Source of the DNA: an uncultured Acidimicrobiia bacterium
GTDB lineage: Bacteria > Actinomycetota > Acidimicrobiia > IMCC26256 > PALSA-555
DNA: 64,000 bases
Reading direction: 5' to 3'
Assembly: GCA_963720675.1 (NCBI GenBank)
Contig: CAVRGH010000003.1
Location: 175,503 to 239,502, forward strand
In this document: in pieces, positions 55,695 to 64,000 of the stretch
Position numbering within the stretch: the stretch's first letter is position 1
Layout of the letters: each line of letters opens with the position of its first letter
Position numbers and translations under genes: made by a program
The notes under the pieces: generated by a model
The model's input: the letters and a program-made list of their open reading frames with translations, nothing else
Database searches by the model: none
What the model was told of the DNA's origin: nothing

Positions 55695-56177
55695 TCAGTC
55701 GGCTGCCTGCATGTCGAGCCAATCTGCCTCGTAGACGAGCTCGGCACCGCGATGACGGTGCAGCAGCAGTCGACGGATGAGGTCGACGCCGGCCTCGCGT
55801 GCAGCTTCGACCCCGGCCTCGTCGTGGATCGAGTCCGCGCTCGCTGCGAGCGCAGCGGTCGCGGCACGGAGCGGATCGTGGTCGGCCTGCATCCGATCGG
55901 CCGCGTGGATGAGGCGGGGTGCCTCGACGCGGATCTCGGCGAAGAGCCCATCGGGCCCCTCGGTGCCGGCGATGTGCGCTTCGAGGACGGCCTGCAGCTC
56001 CGTCAGCGGGGTGCGGAGCGACGCGCCCCACTCGGCCGGCCGGGTGCCGCCCGGGGCGGCGAGGGCGGACTCGAGGGTGAGCGTCGCCTCGTAGAACGCG
56101 TCCCGGCGGATCTTGATCGCGTCGACGGTCTCCCGGTTGCGCTGCCGGACGTCGTCCATGCCACCAGTCCACTCCAT
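55695..56177 (-). CDS. hypothetical helical protein
   Basis: 160-aa ORF directly upstream of the flavoprotein gene on the same strand, with GC3-rich codons. No family was recognised. Confidence 0.5.
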   Translation of the reverse strand: MEWTGGMDDVRQRNRETVDAIKIRRDAFYEATLTLESALAAPGGTRPAEWGASLRTPLTELQAVLEAHIAGTEGPDGLFAEIRVEAPRLIHAADRMQADHDPLRAATAALAASADSIHDEAGVEAAREAGVDLIRRLLLHRHRGAELVYEADWLDMQAAD

Positions 56178-56294
56178 CGGAGGCTCGAGGGAAAGGGCCG
56201 ATCGAGGCCGGCGACGACCGACCGCGATCGCCTGCCCCAGCGCCCGCCTGCCCCAGGCGCCCCCAGGGCCCCGGGCCGTCTACCGTCTCCCGCC

Positions 56295-56954
56295 ATGGAC
56301 GTCTACGAAGCCCTGTACACGACGCGTGCGATGCGCCGCTGCAAGCCCGATCCGATCCCGAGGGACGTACAGGAGCGGATCCTCGACGCCGCGATCCGGG
56401 CACCGAGCGGTGGCAACAACCAGAACTGGCGGTTCCTGCTGGTCGAGAGCGCCGAGGTCAAGGCCCAGCTCGGCCCGGTGTATCGCGTGTGCATGGGCCG
56501 GCTGTGGGAGACCATCTACGCGGCACGGATCGAGGCGGCGCACGCGAACCCCGACGATCCCGAGTCGCAGTCGTTTCTCGGCATGCAGCGCTCGGCCCAA
56601 CACCTCGCCGATCACTTCGAGGAGTACCCGCTGCTCCTGATCAGCTTCGTGCAGGCCGATCCCAGCGGGGGCTCGATCTTCCCGGCGACGTGGTCGGCGA
56701 TGCTCGCCGCCCGCGCCGAGGGAGTGGGCGCCTCGCTCACGAGCGTCTTCTTCTTCGAGGCCGACCAGGTGCTCTCGATCCTCGGTGTGCCCAAGGAAGA
56801 GGGCTGGCTCTTCTCGTCGTGCGTGACGTTCGGGTACCCGACGGGGAAGTGGGGTGTCGCGCCGCGTCGTCCCGTGCACGAGGTGAGCTACCGCGACCGG
56901 TGGGGCACCCCGGTCGGCTTCGAGATCCCCGAACCTCTGTGGCCTCCTGCTTGA
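56295..56954 (+). CDS. nitroreductase family protein
   Basis: ATG 56295 gives MDVYEALYTTRAMRRCKPDPIPRDVQERILDAAIRAPSGGNNQNWRFLLV.... Confidence 0.85.
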   Translation: MDVYEALYTTRAMRRCKPDPIPRDVQERILDAAIRAPSGGNNQNWRFLLVESAEVKAQLGPVYRVCMGRLWETIYAARIEAAHANPDDPESQSFLGMQRSAQHLADHFEEYPLLLISFVQADPSGGSIFPATWSAMLAARAEGVGASLTSVFFFEADQVLSILGVPKEEGWLFSSCVTFGYPTGKWGVAPRRPVHEVSYRDRWGTPVGFEIPEPLWPPA

Positions 56955-57086
56955 GGCCTCAACTTCCCACGACGTTGCTGAGCCTCACCTGAACGGCTCG
57001 CTCCCGATGCGCGCAGCGCTCCGGGCGTCGGTAGGCTGGAAGGACTGCGCGGAACCCCCACCCGCGCGCCGAAACTGGGTGCGACA

Positions 57087-58169
57087 CTGATCACCTCTCC
57101 CGAACGTGCACACGAAGACCTCTCGCGCGAAGCCACGGTCACCGCTCGATCCGGTGCCAGAGCGGCGCCGTCCTGGCGTGCCAGCGTCGATCCGTACGCG
57201 CAGGCCTCCCTGCCGCGCAGCCTCTGGTCGCTCGCCACGTCGGTCGTTCCGTTCGTCGTGCTCTGGGCGGCGATGTACTTCTCGCTCGACGTGTCGTACC
57301 TGTTGACCCTCGCGCTCGCGATCCCCGCAGCCGGGTTCCTCCTCCGCACCTACATCCTGTTCCACGACTGCACCCACGGTTCGCTCTTCGCGGGACGGCG
57401 CACGAACGCGTGGGTCGGCACCGGGCTCGGGCTCCTCGTGTTCACGCCGTTCGCGCGCTGGCGCTACGAGCACATCGCGCACCACGCGACCTCCGGCAAC
57501 CTCGACCGACGCTTCATCGGTGACGTCCCCACGTACACCGTCGCCGAGTACGAGGCATGGAAGTGGCCGACGCGCATCGCGTACCGCTTGTTCCGCAACC
57601 CGCTCGTCATGTTCGGGCTCGGCCCGATCTACGCGATGCTCCTCGAGCCGCGCTGGGCCGTCCCCAAGGCCGCGCCGCGCCTGCGTCGCAGCGTCTGGCT
57701 CACCAACCTCGCGCTCGTGCTGCTGGTCGGCGGGTTGTGCCTGCTGGTCGGGTGGCGGGCGTTCCTGCTCGTCGAGGTGCCGTTCGTGTTCCTCGCCGGT
57801 GGGGCGGGCATCTGGCTCTTCTACGTACAGCACCAGTTCGAGCAGACGTACTGGGAGCGCTCGGACGACTGGTCCTACGAGGACGCGGCCCTCCAGGGCA
57901 GCTCGTACCTGAAGCTGCCGAAGGTCCTGCAGTTCTTCACCGGCAACATCGGCCTGCACCACGTGCACCATCTCGGGGCGAAGATCCCCAACTACAACCT
58001 CCAGCGGGCCCATGACCGCAGCGAGCTCTTCCGGAGCATCCCGGAGGTCACGTTCACCGACGGGCTTCGGGCCACCCGCCTGAAGCTGTGGGACGAGCAG
58101 GCCGCGGAGATGGTGACCTGGCGAGGACTCCGCAAGACTCGCCGGAAGGTGTCGGCTCCGGCCGTCTGA
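57087..58169 (+). CDS. membrane fatty acid desaturase (start codon unresolved)
   Basis: The His boxes are HDCTHG, HIAHH and HHVHH. The ORF track starts at GTG 57258, but the same frame upstream encodes a family-like N-terminus (...APSWRASVDPYAQASLPRSLWSLATSVVPFV) with no ATG, GTG or TTG. Candidates are CTG 57087 or ATC 57090, or an indel after GTG 57079. Confidence 0.8.
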   Translation: MITSPERAHEDLSREATVTARSGARAAPSWRASVDPYAQASLPRSLWSLATSVVPFVVLWAAMYFSLDVSYLLTLALAIPAAGFLLRTYILFHDCTHGSLFAGRRTNAWVGTGLGLLVFTPFARWRYEHIAHHATSGNLDRRFIGDVPTYTVAEYEAWKWPTRIAYRLFRNPLVMFGLGPIYAMLLEPRWAVPKAAPRLRRSVWLTNLALVLLVGGLCLLVGWRAFLLVEVPFVFLAGGAGIWLFYVQHQFEQTYWERSDDWSYEDAALQGSSYLKLPKVLQFFTGNIGLHHVHHLGAKIPNYNLQRAHDRSELFRSIPEVTFTDGLRATRLKLWDEQAAEMVTWRGLRKTRRKVSAPAV

Positions 58170-58230
58170 GTCAGCCGGCCGGCGCCGGCGGGACCGCGCA
58201 CTCCGCTCGCGCGGTCTGGGAGGATGGCCC

Positions 58231-58875
58231 ATCGACGTCTTCCCATCCGGCTTCTTCGACCGGTCCGATCCCACGCCCGACCACGACTTCTACTCGTGGC
58301 CGCGCCTGGTCACGCACATCGACGCGGTTGCCGTCGCCGCGGTCGGTGGCCTCTACGACGAGCTCGGGATCACCGACGACGTGCTCGACCTCATGGCGTC
58401 GTGGGTCTCGCACTTCCGGTCCCGACCTGCCCGCCTGACCGTGCTGGGCATGAACGCCGACGAGCTCGCGCGCAACCAGCAGGCCCACGCAGTGGTCGTC
58501 CACGACCTCAACGCGTCGCCGACCCTGCCCTTCCCGGACGGGACGTTCGACGCCGCGGTGTGCTGCGTATCGGTCGACTACCTCGTCCGGCCGGTGGAGG
58601 TGTTCGCCGAGGTGGGGCGCGTCGTGCGTCCGGGCGGGACCTTCGCGTGCACGTTCTCGAACCGATGTTTCCCGACCAAGGCGATCCGCGGGTGGCTGGA
58701 GTCCGACGACGACGAGCACGGCCGCATCGTCGCCGAGTACTTCCGCCTCGCCGACACCTGGGAGCCCGCGCGGATCGAGCGCAGGACCCCCGCAGCGCAC
58801 GCCGGCGATCCGTTGTGGGCGGTCTGGAGCCACCGGATCGGGACGCTCGCGAGCCGGGCGCCTGCGACGCCGTGA
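58231..58875 (+). CDS. class I SAM-dependent methyltransferase (type 11 domain; start codon unresolved)
   Basis: The sequence contains ...VLDLMASWVSHF...VCCVSVDYLVRPVEVFAEVGRVVRPGGTF.... The conserved in-frame N-terminal part (IDVFPSGFFDRSDPTPDHDFYSWPRLVTHID) precedes the track start at 58381. GGGAGG at 58218-23 lies 7 nt upstream of ATC 58231. ATG 58224 is in the +1 frame. Confidence 0.7.
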   Translation: MDVFPSGFFDRSDPTPDHDFYSWPRLVTHIDAVAVAAVGGLYDELGITDDVLDLMASWVSHFRSRPARLTVLGMNADELARNQQAHAVVVHDLNASPTLPFPDGTFDAAVCCVSVDYLVRPVEVFAEVGRVVRPGGTFACTFSNRCFPTKAIRGWLESDDDEHGRIVAEYFRLADTWEPARIERRTPAAHAGDPLWAVWSHRIGTLASRAPATP

Positions 58876-60707
58876 CCTCGTCCACCGCCCTCGGGGGTGC
58901 CGGGCTGGGAGTCGACACCGGCGGCACGTTCACCGACCTGGTCGCCGACGACGGCACCACCGCGAAAGTCTCGTCGACCCCGGGCGACCCCGGTGCCGCG
59001 GTCCGCGCGGCCATCGAGCAGCGGGGTGACGCCTCGCCCGCGTCCCGCCCTGCGCTGCTCGCCTACGGGACGACGGTTGCCACCAACGCCCTCCTCGAGC
59101 GCCGAGGCGGCCGCATCGCGCTGGTCACGACGCAGGGCTTCGCGGACGTCATCGAGATCGCCCGGCAGGTGCGCCCGTCGCTGTACGACGCCCACGCCGA
59201 CCGTCCGGTGCCGCTCGTACCGCGCGACCTGCGCATCGAGGTCGGCGGACGACTCGACGCAGCGGGTCACGAGCTGGCCCCGGTCGTCATCGGTGACCTC
59301 GACCAGGTGCCCGACGACGTCGACGCGGTGGCAGTGTGCCTGCTGCACGCGGACCTGAACCCGGCCCACGAGCGGGCCGTCGCCGCAGCCCTCATCGCCC
59401 GGGGCATCGACGTGTCGTGCTCGTCCGAGGTGTCGCCGGAGATGCGCGAGTACGAGCGCACGGTGACGACAGCGATGAACGCGATGTTGCGCCCGGTGTG
59501 CCGCCGCCACCTGCGGGACGTCGCGACCATCGCCGACGAGGTGCTGGTGATGACCTCCGCGGGGGGCCTGGTGCCGGCGGCCGACGCCGCCGAGCAGCCG
59601 GTGACGATCCTGCTCTCCGGACCCGCCGGCGGGGCCCGGGCCGCGGCCGCCGTCGCGGCCGCGTGCGGGTACCCGGACGCGGTCGGGTTCGACATGGGCG
59701 GGACGAGCACCGACGTGGTGCTCGTGCGCGGCGGGGTGCCCGAGCCGGCCGCCGAGCGCGTCGTCGCCGGCTTGCCCGTGCGCACCCCGTCGCTCGACGT
59801 GCACACCATCGGCGCCGGCGGCGGTTCGCTCGCGCGGCTCGATGCCGGCGGCGCACTCGTGGTCGGGCCGCGGAGCGCCGGCGCGGTGCCGGGACCGGCG
59901 TGCTATGGGCGGGGCGGCGTCGAGCCGACCGTCACCGACGCTGATCTCGTCCTCGGGCGCATCGATCCCGCGGCGACGTTCCCGGACCTCGGTCGCCTCG
60001 ACCCGACCGCGGCGCGCGGCGCCCTCGATCGCGCCGGGGTGGACGCAGCGGGCGTGGTCGCGGTGGTCGACGCGGCGATGGAGCAGGCAGTCCGCCGCGT
60101 TTCGGTGGAGCGGGGGGTCGACCCCCGCACGCTCGCACTGGTCGCGTTCGGGGGCGCCGGTCCGCTGCACGCGTGCGCGATCGCCGATGCGTTGGGCATG
60201 CCCACCGTGCTGGTGCCGCCCCGGGCCGGGGTCCTCTCGGCCGTCGGCATCCTGGCCGCACCCCGGGCCCGGGAGCTGGTGCGCACCTGGGCCACCCCGG
60301 ACGATCACCACGGCGTCACCCCGGCCCTCGAGGTGCTCGGCGACGAGGCCCGGGCCCTGGTCGGGCCCGAAGCCCGAGTCAGCACCTACCTCGACTGCCG
60401 CTACCCGGGACAGAGCCACGATCTGCGCGTCGCCCGGGTCGAGGACTTCCACGCGGCGCACGAGCGCCGCAACGGCTTCGCGCGCCGGGACGAGCCCGTC
60501 GAGGTCGTGGCGTTGCGGGCCCGGGCCGTGCGCGACGGTCCGCTCGAGGTCGTCGACCTCCCCGTGCCCCGGACCGCGCACAAGAGAGTGGATGGGCCGG
60601 CGGTGCTTGCGGAGCCCGACTGCACGATCTTCGTCGGCGCGGGCTGGCAGGCCGAGGTCGGCGCCCTGGGTGCGTGGGTCCTGCGTCGGACCGGGGTGGG
60701 TCGATGA
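58872..60707 (+). CDS. hyuA: hydantoinase/oxoprolinase family protein, A subunit type
   Basis: GTG 58872 overlaps the upstream stop (GTGA). The sequence reads GLGVDTGGTFTDLV...GTTVATNALLERRG...LVTTQGFADVIEI.... Confidence 0.85.
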   Translation: MTSSTALGGAGLGVDTGGTFTDLVADDGTTAKVSSTPGDPGAAVRAAIEQRGDASPASRPALLAYGTTVATNALLERRGGRIALVTTQGFADVIEIARQVRPSLYDAHADRPVPLVPRDLRIEVGGRLDAAGHELAPVVIGDLDQVPDDVDAVAVCLLHADLNPAHERAVAAALIARGIDVSCSSEVSPEMREYERTVTTAMNAMLRPVCRRHLRDVATIADEVLVMTSAGGLVPAADAAEQPVTILLSGPAGGARAAAAVAAACGYPDAVGFDMGGTSTDVVLVRGGVPEPAAERVVAGLPVRTPSLDVHTIGAGGGSLARLDAGGALVVGPRSAGAVPGPACYGRGGVEPTVTDADLVLGRIDPAATFPDLGRLDPTAARGALDRAGVDAAGVVAVVDAAMEQAVRRVSVERGVDPRTLALVAFGGAGPLHACAIADALGMPTVLVPPRAGVLSAVGILAAPRARELVRTWATPDDHHGVTPALEVLGDEARALVGPEARVSTYLDCRYPGQSHDLRVARVEDFHAAHERRNGFARRDEPVEVVALRARAVRDGPLEVVDLPVPRTAHKRVDGPAVLAEPDCTIFVGAGWQAEVGALGAWVLRRTGVGR

Positions 60708-62302
60708 CCCTCGACGCCGCCGGACTCCAGGTGCTCGTCGCCCGGTGCACCGGCATCGCCGAGGAGATGGGCGCAGTACTGCGCCGAGCCGCATCGAGCC
60801 CCAACATCAAGGAGCGCGCCGACTGCTCGGCCGCGTGCTTCACCGCGACCGGTGCGTTGCTCGCGCAGGCCGAGCACATCCCGGTGCACCTCGGGTCGAT
60901 GGAGACCGCGGTGCGCGCCGCGATCACCGCCGCCGGTGCCGGCATCGAGCCCGGTGAGCAGATCATCGGGAACGACCCCTTCGCCGGCGGCACGCACCTC
61001 AACGACGTCACGCTGGTCGCGCCCGTGTTCGTGCGCGGCGCGCTCGTGGGCTGGGTCGCGAACCGGGCGCACCACGCCGACCTGGGCGGCACCGCCCCCG
61101 GGTCGATGCCACCCGACGCGCTCGAGATCGACGAGGAGGGTCTGCGCCTCGCGCCGACGCGCCTCACCCGGGACGTCGAGGAGCAGCTGGTCGGCTCGTC
61201 GCGCACGCCCGAGGAGCGGCGCGGCGACCTCGATGCCCAGTGCGGCGCCAACGCGCTCGGCGTCGACCGGCTGGCCACGGTCGTCGCCGGGCTCGGCTCG
61301 ACCGAACCCTTCGACGAGCTCCTCGACTACGGGGAGCGCCGGATGACCGCTGCGCTCGCCGACCTGCCCGACGGCACCTTCGCGTTCGAGGACGTCCTCG
61401 ACTCGGCCGGGCCCCGCCCCGACCAGCAGACGCCAACCCGCGTGGTAGTCGCGGTCACGGTGGACGGAGAGACGGTCACGTTCGACTTCACCGGGACCGA
61501 TGCGCAGCGACCCGGCAACGTGAACGCGGTCGAGGCGGTGACCGTCAGCGCGGTCGCCTTCGCGCTGCGGTACGCGACCGATCCCTCCATCCCCGCGAAC
61601 GGGGGCGCGATGCGCCCCGTGCGGATCATCGTGCCTCCCGGCTCCGTGCTCGGCGCCCTGCCTCCGGTCGCGGTCGGCGCGGGGAACGTCGAGGTGAGCC
61701 AACGAGTCGCCGACGTGTGCCTCGGCGCGCTCGCGGCCGCGGTGCCCGAGCGAGTCGGCGCCGCGGGCCAGGGCACCATGAACAACGTCCTCCTGGGCGG
61801 CCCGGGGCTCGCGATGGGCCGCGCTTGGGTGTACTACGAGACGCTGGGCGGTGGGCAGGGTGGGCGCCCGTGGGCCGGTGGTGCGAGCGGGATGCACACC
61901 GCGATGACCAACACCGCCGACACCCCCGCCGAGGCGCTCGAGCGCGCGTTGCCGGTGCGGGTCCGTCGCTCGACGCTGCGGCGAGGCAGCGGGGGCGCGG
62001 GGCTGCACGCCGGCGGCGAGGGGATCGCGCGCGAGCTCGAGGTGCTCGAGGACACGGTCGTGTCGCTCGTCACCGAGCGGCGCATGTCGAGACCGTGGGG
62101 GCTCGCGGGGGGCGAGCCGGGGGCTTCGGGTGAGAACTGGCTCTTACCCGGCGGCGACGAGTCACGTGCGGTGCGCCTCGGCGACAAGTGCACGGTGCAC
62201 CTCCGGGCCGGCGACGTCCTCCGCGTGCTCACACCGGGCGGAGGCGGCTGGGGCCGGGCCGCGCCCGACCGCACTGGCCGACGGGCCGCGCTCGCTGATT
62301 GA
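60704..62302 (+). CDS. hyuB: hydantoinase B/oxoprolinase family protein
   Basis: ATG 60704 overlaps the hyuA stop (ATGA). The sequence reads SPNIKERADCSAACFT...NDPFAGGTHLNDVTLVAPVF...MTNTADTPAEALE...VLTPGGGGWG. Confidence 0.85.
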   Translation: MTLDAAGLQVLVARCTGIAEEMGAVLRRAASSPNIKERADCSAACFTATGALLAQAEHIPVHLGSMETAVRAAITAAGAGIEPGEQIIGNDPFAGGTHLNDVTLVAPVFVRGALVGWVANRAHHADLGGTAPGSMPPDALEIDEEGLRLAPTRLTRDVEEQLVGSSRTPEERRGDLDAQCGANALGVDRLATVVAGLGSTEPFDELLDYGERRMTAALADLPDGTFAFEDVLDSAGPRPDQQTPTRVVVAVTVDGETVTFDFTGTDAQRPGNVNAVEAVTVSAVAFALRYATDPSIPANGGAMRPVRIIVPPGSVLGALPPVAVGAGNVEVSQRVADVCLGALAAAVPERVGAAGQGTMNNVLLGGPGLAMGRAWVYYETLGGGQGGRPWAGGASGMHTAMTNTADTPAEALERALPVRVRRSTLRRGSGGAGLHAGGEGIARELEVLEDTVVSLVTERRMSRPWGLAGGEPGASGENWLLPGGDESRAVRLGDKCTVHLRAGDVLRVLTPGGGGWGRAAPDRTGRRAALAD

Positions 62303-62354
62303 CTGGGTCGCAGGAGCCCACTGCCGACGGCGTGGGGCGCGCGAGGGAGAAACC

Positions 62355-62717
62355 ATGATCGAGCTCTTGACCGACCTGCCCGACAACGTCGTCGGGCTGT
62401 CCGCCGGCGGTGAGGTGACGGGCGACGACTACGAGAAGGTCCTCATCCCCGCGGTGGAGGCTGCACTCGCGAAGCACGACAAGATCCGGTTGCTCTACGT
62501 GCTCGGCCCCGAGTTCACCGGCTACTCGGGGCGGGCGATGTGGGAGGACGGCAAGGTCGGGATGAGCCACGTCACGCGCTGGGAGCGGGTCGCGGTGGTG
62601 ACCGATCATTCGTGGATGGCGCACGCGGTGAACATCTTCGGCTACCTGATCCCGGGCCAGGTCAAGTCCTTCCCGGTCGCCGAGCGCGACGCCGCGCAGA
62701 CGTGGATCACCGGCTGA
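62355..62717 (+). CDS. STAS/SpoIIAA-like (DUF3478) protein
   Basis: ATG 62355 follows a GAGGGAGA Shine-Dalgarno and gives MIELLTDLPDNVVGLSAGGEVTGDDYEKVLIPAVEAALAKHDKIRLLYVLGPEF.... Confidence 0.7.
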   Translation: MIELLTDLPDNVVGLSAGGEVTGDDYEKVLIPAVEAALAKHDKIRLLYVLGPEFTGYSGRAMWEDGKVGMSHVTRWERVAVVTDHSWMAHAVNIFGYLIPGQVKSFPVAERDAAQTWITG

Positions 62718-62760
62718 GGGCCGCTGTCGTGCGCCGCGTCCCGGCCCGTAGGCTGACGCC

Positions 62761-63153
62761 GTGAGCGAGCGCAACGTCCTCGGTGGTGAGCTCGAACCGT
62801 GCAGCCTCGACCCCTTGACCGGGTTCTTCCGTGACGGGTGTTGCAGCACCGGGCCCGAGGACCTGGGCAGCCACACGATCTGCGCGGTCGTCACTGCCGA
62901 GTTCCTCGAGCACCAGCGGAACATCGGCAACGACCTCAGCACGCCGATGCCGATGCATCGGTTCCCGGGCTTGCATCCGGGCGACCGCTGGTGCGTCACC
63001 GCGGTCAACTGGCTGCGCGCGCACATGGACGGTGCCGCCGCGCACGTCGTGCTCGCGTCCACGAACGAGCGCGTCCTCGACATCGTGCCCCTCGAGGTGC
63101 TCCGCGAGCACGCCGTCGATGTCCCGGGCGACCTCAGCGCGCTCGACGACTGA
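62761..63153 (+). CDS. DUF2237 family protein
   Basis: 130 aa reading NVLGGELEPCSLDPLTGFFRDGCCSTGPEDLGSHTICAVVTAEFLE...GDRWCVTAVNWL. Confidence 0.8.
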   Translation: MSERNVLGGELEPCSLDPLTGFFRDGCCSTGPEDLGSHTICAVVTAEFLEHQRNIGNDLSTPMPMHRFPGLHPGDRWCVTAVNWLRAHMDGAAAHVVLASTNERVLDIVPLEVLREHAVDVPGDLSALDD

Positions 63154-64000
63154 AGGCCCCACGCCGGGCCGTGCCCATGGCCTCGACGATCTGGTCGAGC
63201 AGGGCGCGCGAAGTCCCGAAGTTGAGGCGCACGTGCTGGTCGAATCCGGCGCCGAACGGCGGTCCGTCGTTCACGGCGACCTTCCCGTGCTCGAGGAAGA
63301 ACCCGGCCGGGTCGTCGACGCCGAGTGCCGAGCAGTCGAGCCACGCGAGATAGGTGGCCTCCGGGAGCCGCATGTGGAGCTCCGGGATCTCTTCGGCGAG
63401 TCGGTCGACGAGGTGCTGCCGGTTGGCATCGAGGTACGCCACGAGCTCGCGTCGCCACGGCTCACCCGTCGCGTACGCGGCGGTCGACGCCGCGATCCCC
63501 AGCGGAATAGGCCCGGCGACCGCGCGTACCAGCAGCCGACGCCACTGCTCGAGGTCGTCGCGGTTGGAGAAGATGATCTGCGCGCACTGCACGCCCGGGA
63601 TGTTCCAGCCCTTCGACGCTGAGGTCACGGTGATCGTGTGCTCTGCGGTCGCGGGGGACAGGTTCGCGTACGGCAGGTGCCGGTGACCGGGGTACACGAG
63701 CGGAGCGTGTACCTCGTCGGCGATCACCCGCGCGCCGTGGCGCTCGACCACGTCGGCGAGCGCCGTGAGCTCGTCGGTCTCGAGCACGCGCCCCGTCGGG
63801 TTGTGCGGGTTGCAGAGCAGCACCGCGCCCGCGCCGTTCCGCAGAGCGTCATCGATCGCGTCGAGGTCGAGCGTCGGCCGGCCGCCCTGTTCCACGAGCG
63901 GCGTCTCGACGACGGGTCGACCGGTGAGCCCGATGATCTCGAAGAACGGCGGGTACGCGGGTGTCGCCACGACCACTCCGCTCCCCGGGGGTACGAAGAG
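63134..64000 (-). CDS. PLP-dependent aminotransferase class I/II, MalY/PatB-type C-S lyase (partial; N-terminus beyond window)
   Basis: The sequence reads ...LLCNPHNPTGRV...IADEVHAPLVY...TVTSASKGWNIPG (PLP Lys)...VRLNFGTS. The frame stays open to the window end. Confidence 0.85.
   Translation of the reverse strand, partial: LFVPPGSGVVVATPAYPPFFEIIGLTGRPVVETPLVEQGGRPTLDLDAIDDALRNGAGAVLLCNPHNPTGRVLETDELTALADVVERHGARVIADEVHAPLVYPGHRHLPYANLSPATAEHTITVTSASKGWNIPGVQCAQIIFSNRDDLEQWRRLLVRAVAGPIPLGIAASTAAYATGEPWRRELVAYLDANRQHLVDRLAEEIPELHMRLPEATYLAWLDCSALGVDDPAGFFLEHGKVAVNDGPPFGAGFDQHVRLNFGTSRALLDQIVEAMGTARRGAFSRRAR

Noticed and set aside
58578-60794. 738-aa minus-strand ORF opposite hyuA, and similar long shadows (887..2398 N-terminal part, 3973..6135 N-terminal part, 17666..19249, 22591..24345 N-terminal part, 33631..35892, 36099..37796)
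   Set aside because: These are typical high-GC stop-free antisense or out-of-frame ORFs. Their composition is dominated by Arg, Pro, Gly and Ala, and they lack motifs. Each overlaps a gene with strong family signatures, and only the portions described in the features look coding.
1-64000. tRNA, rRNA, transposase, integrase, phage or toxin-antitoxin genes
   Set aside because: I found no cloverleaf-like intergenic candidates; the intergenic regions are short and GC-rich. No ORF carries DDE, tyrosine-recombinase or serine-recombinase hallmarks. This was done by eye only, and tRNAscan/Infernal and ISfinder searches would be definitive.

Overview
This is a high-GC (about 70%) actinobacterial-type chromosomal segment. 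The taxonomic hints are a mycothiol/DinB-type protein, an F420/PPOX-class protein, a WS/DGAT, a RipA-like NlpC/P60 hydrolase and Hanks-type kinase signalling. I can support about 65 protein-coding loci. I recognised no rRNA, tRNA, CRISPR array, transposase or integrase. The content is mostly accessory metabolism. It includes two fatty-acid hydroxylase-family genes, a desaturase, a CFA synthase, a WS/DGAT, a PI-PLC-like enzyme, several MDR/SDR/flavin oxidoreductases, hyuA/hyuB, an ABC-2 exporter and cell-wall enzymes. Four things stand out. (1) A signalling island at 31.0-39.3 kb holds an FHA-cyclase gene divergent from a Ser/Thr kinase. The kinase reading frame appears to continue into a 4-TM sensor with a C-terminal tail of 9 tandem ETRISGGK repeats. 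It is followed by a stand-alone paralog of that sensor module and a STAND-TPR-cyclase gene. (2) A surface protein of about 7.6 kb (39.1-46.7 kb) carries a VWA domain and many prealbumin/Cna-B-like repeats, four of them nearly identical at the DNA level. (3) A 46-nt hairpin repeat family occurs in four intergenic copies and shows compensatory stem changes. (4) About 35 single-base frame disruptions break otherwise well-conserved genes. They are strongly clustered (19-21 kb, 26.7-27.4 kb, 39.4-42.9 kb), and neighbouring long genes are intact. From sequence alone I cannot tell consensus/assembly indels from real pseudogenisation. All domain calls come from motif recognition by eye on the supplied translations; no database search was run. 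Many long ORFs in the track are Arg/Pro-rich antisense or out-of-frame shadows typical of high-GC DNA and were not called.
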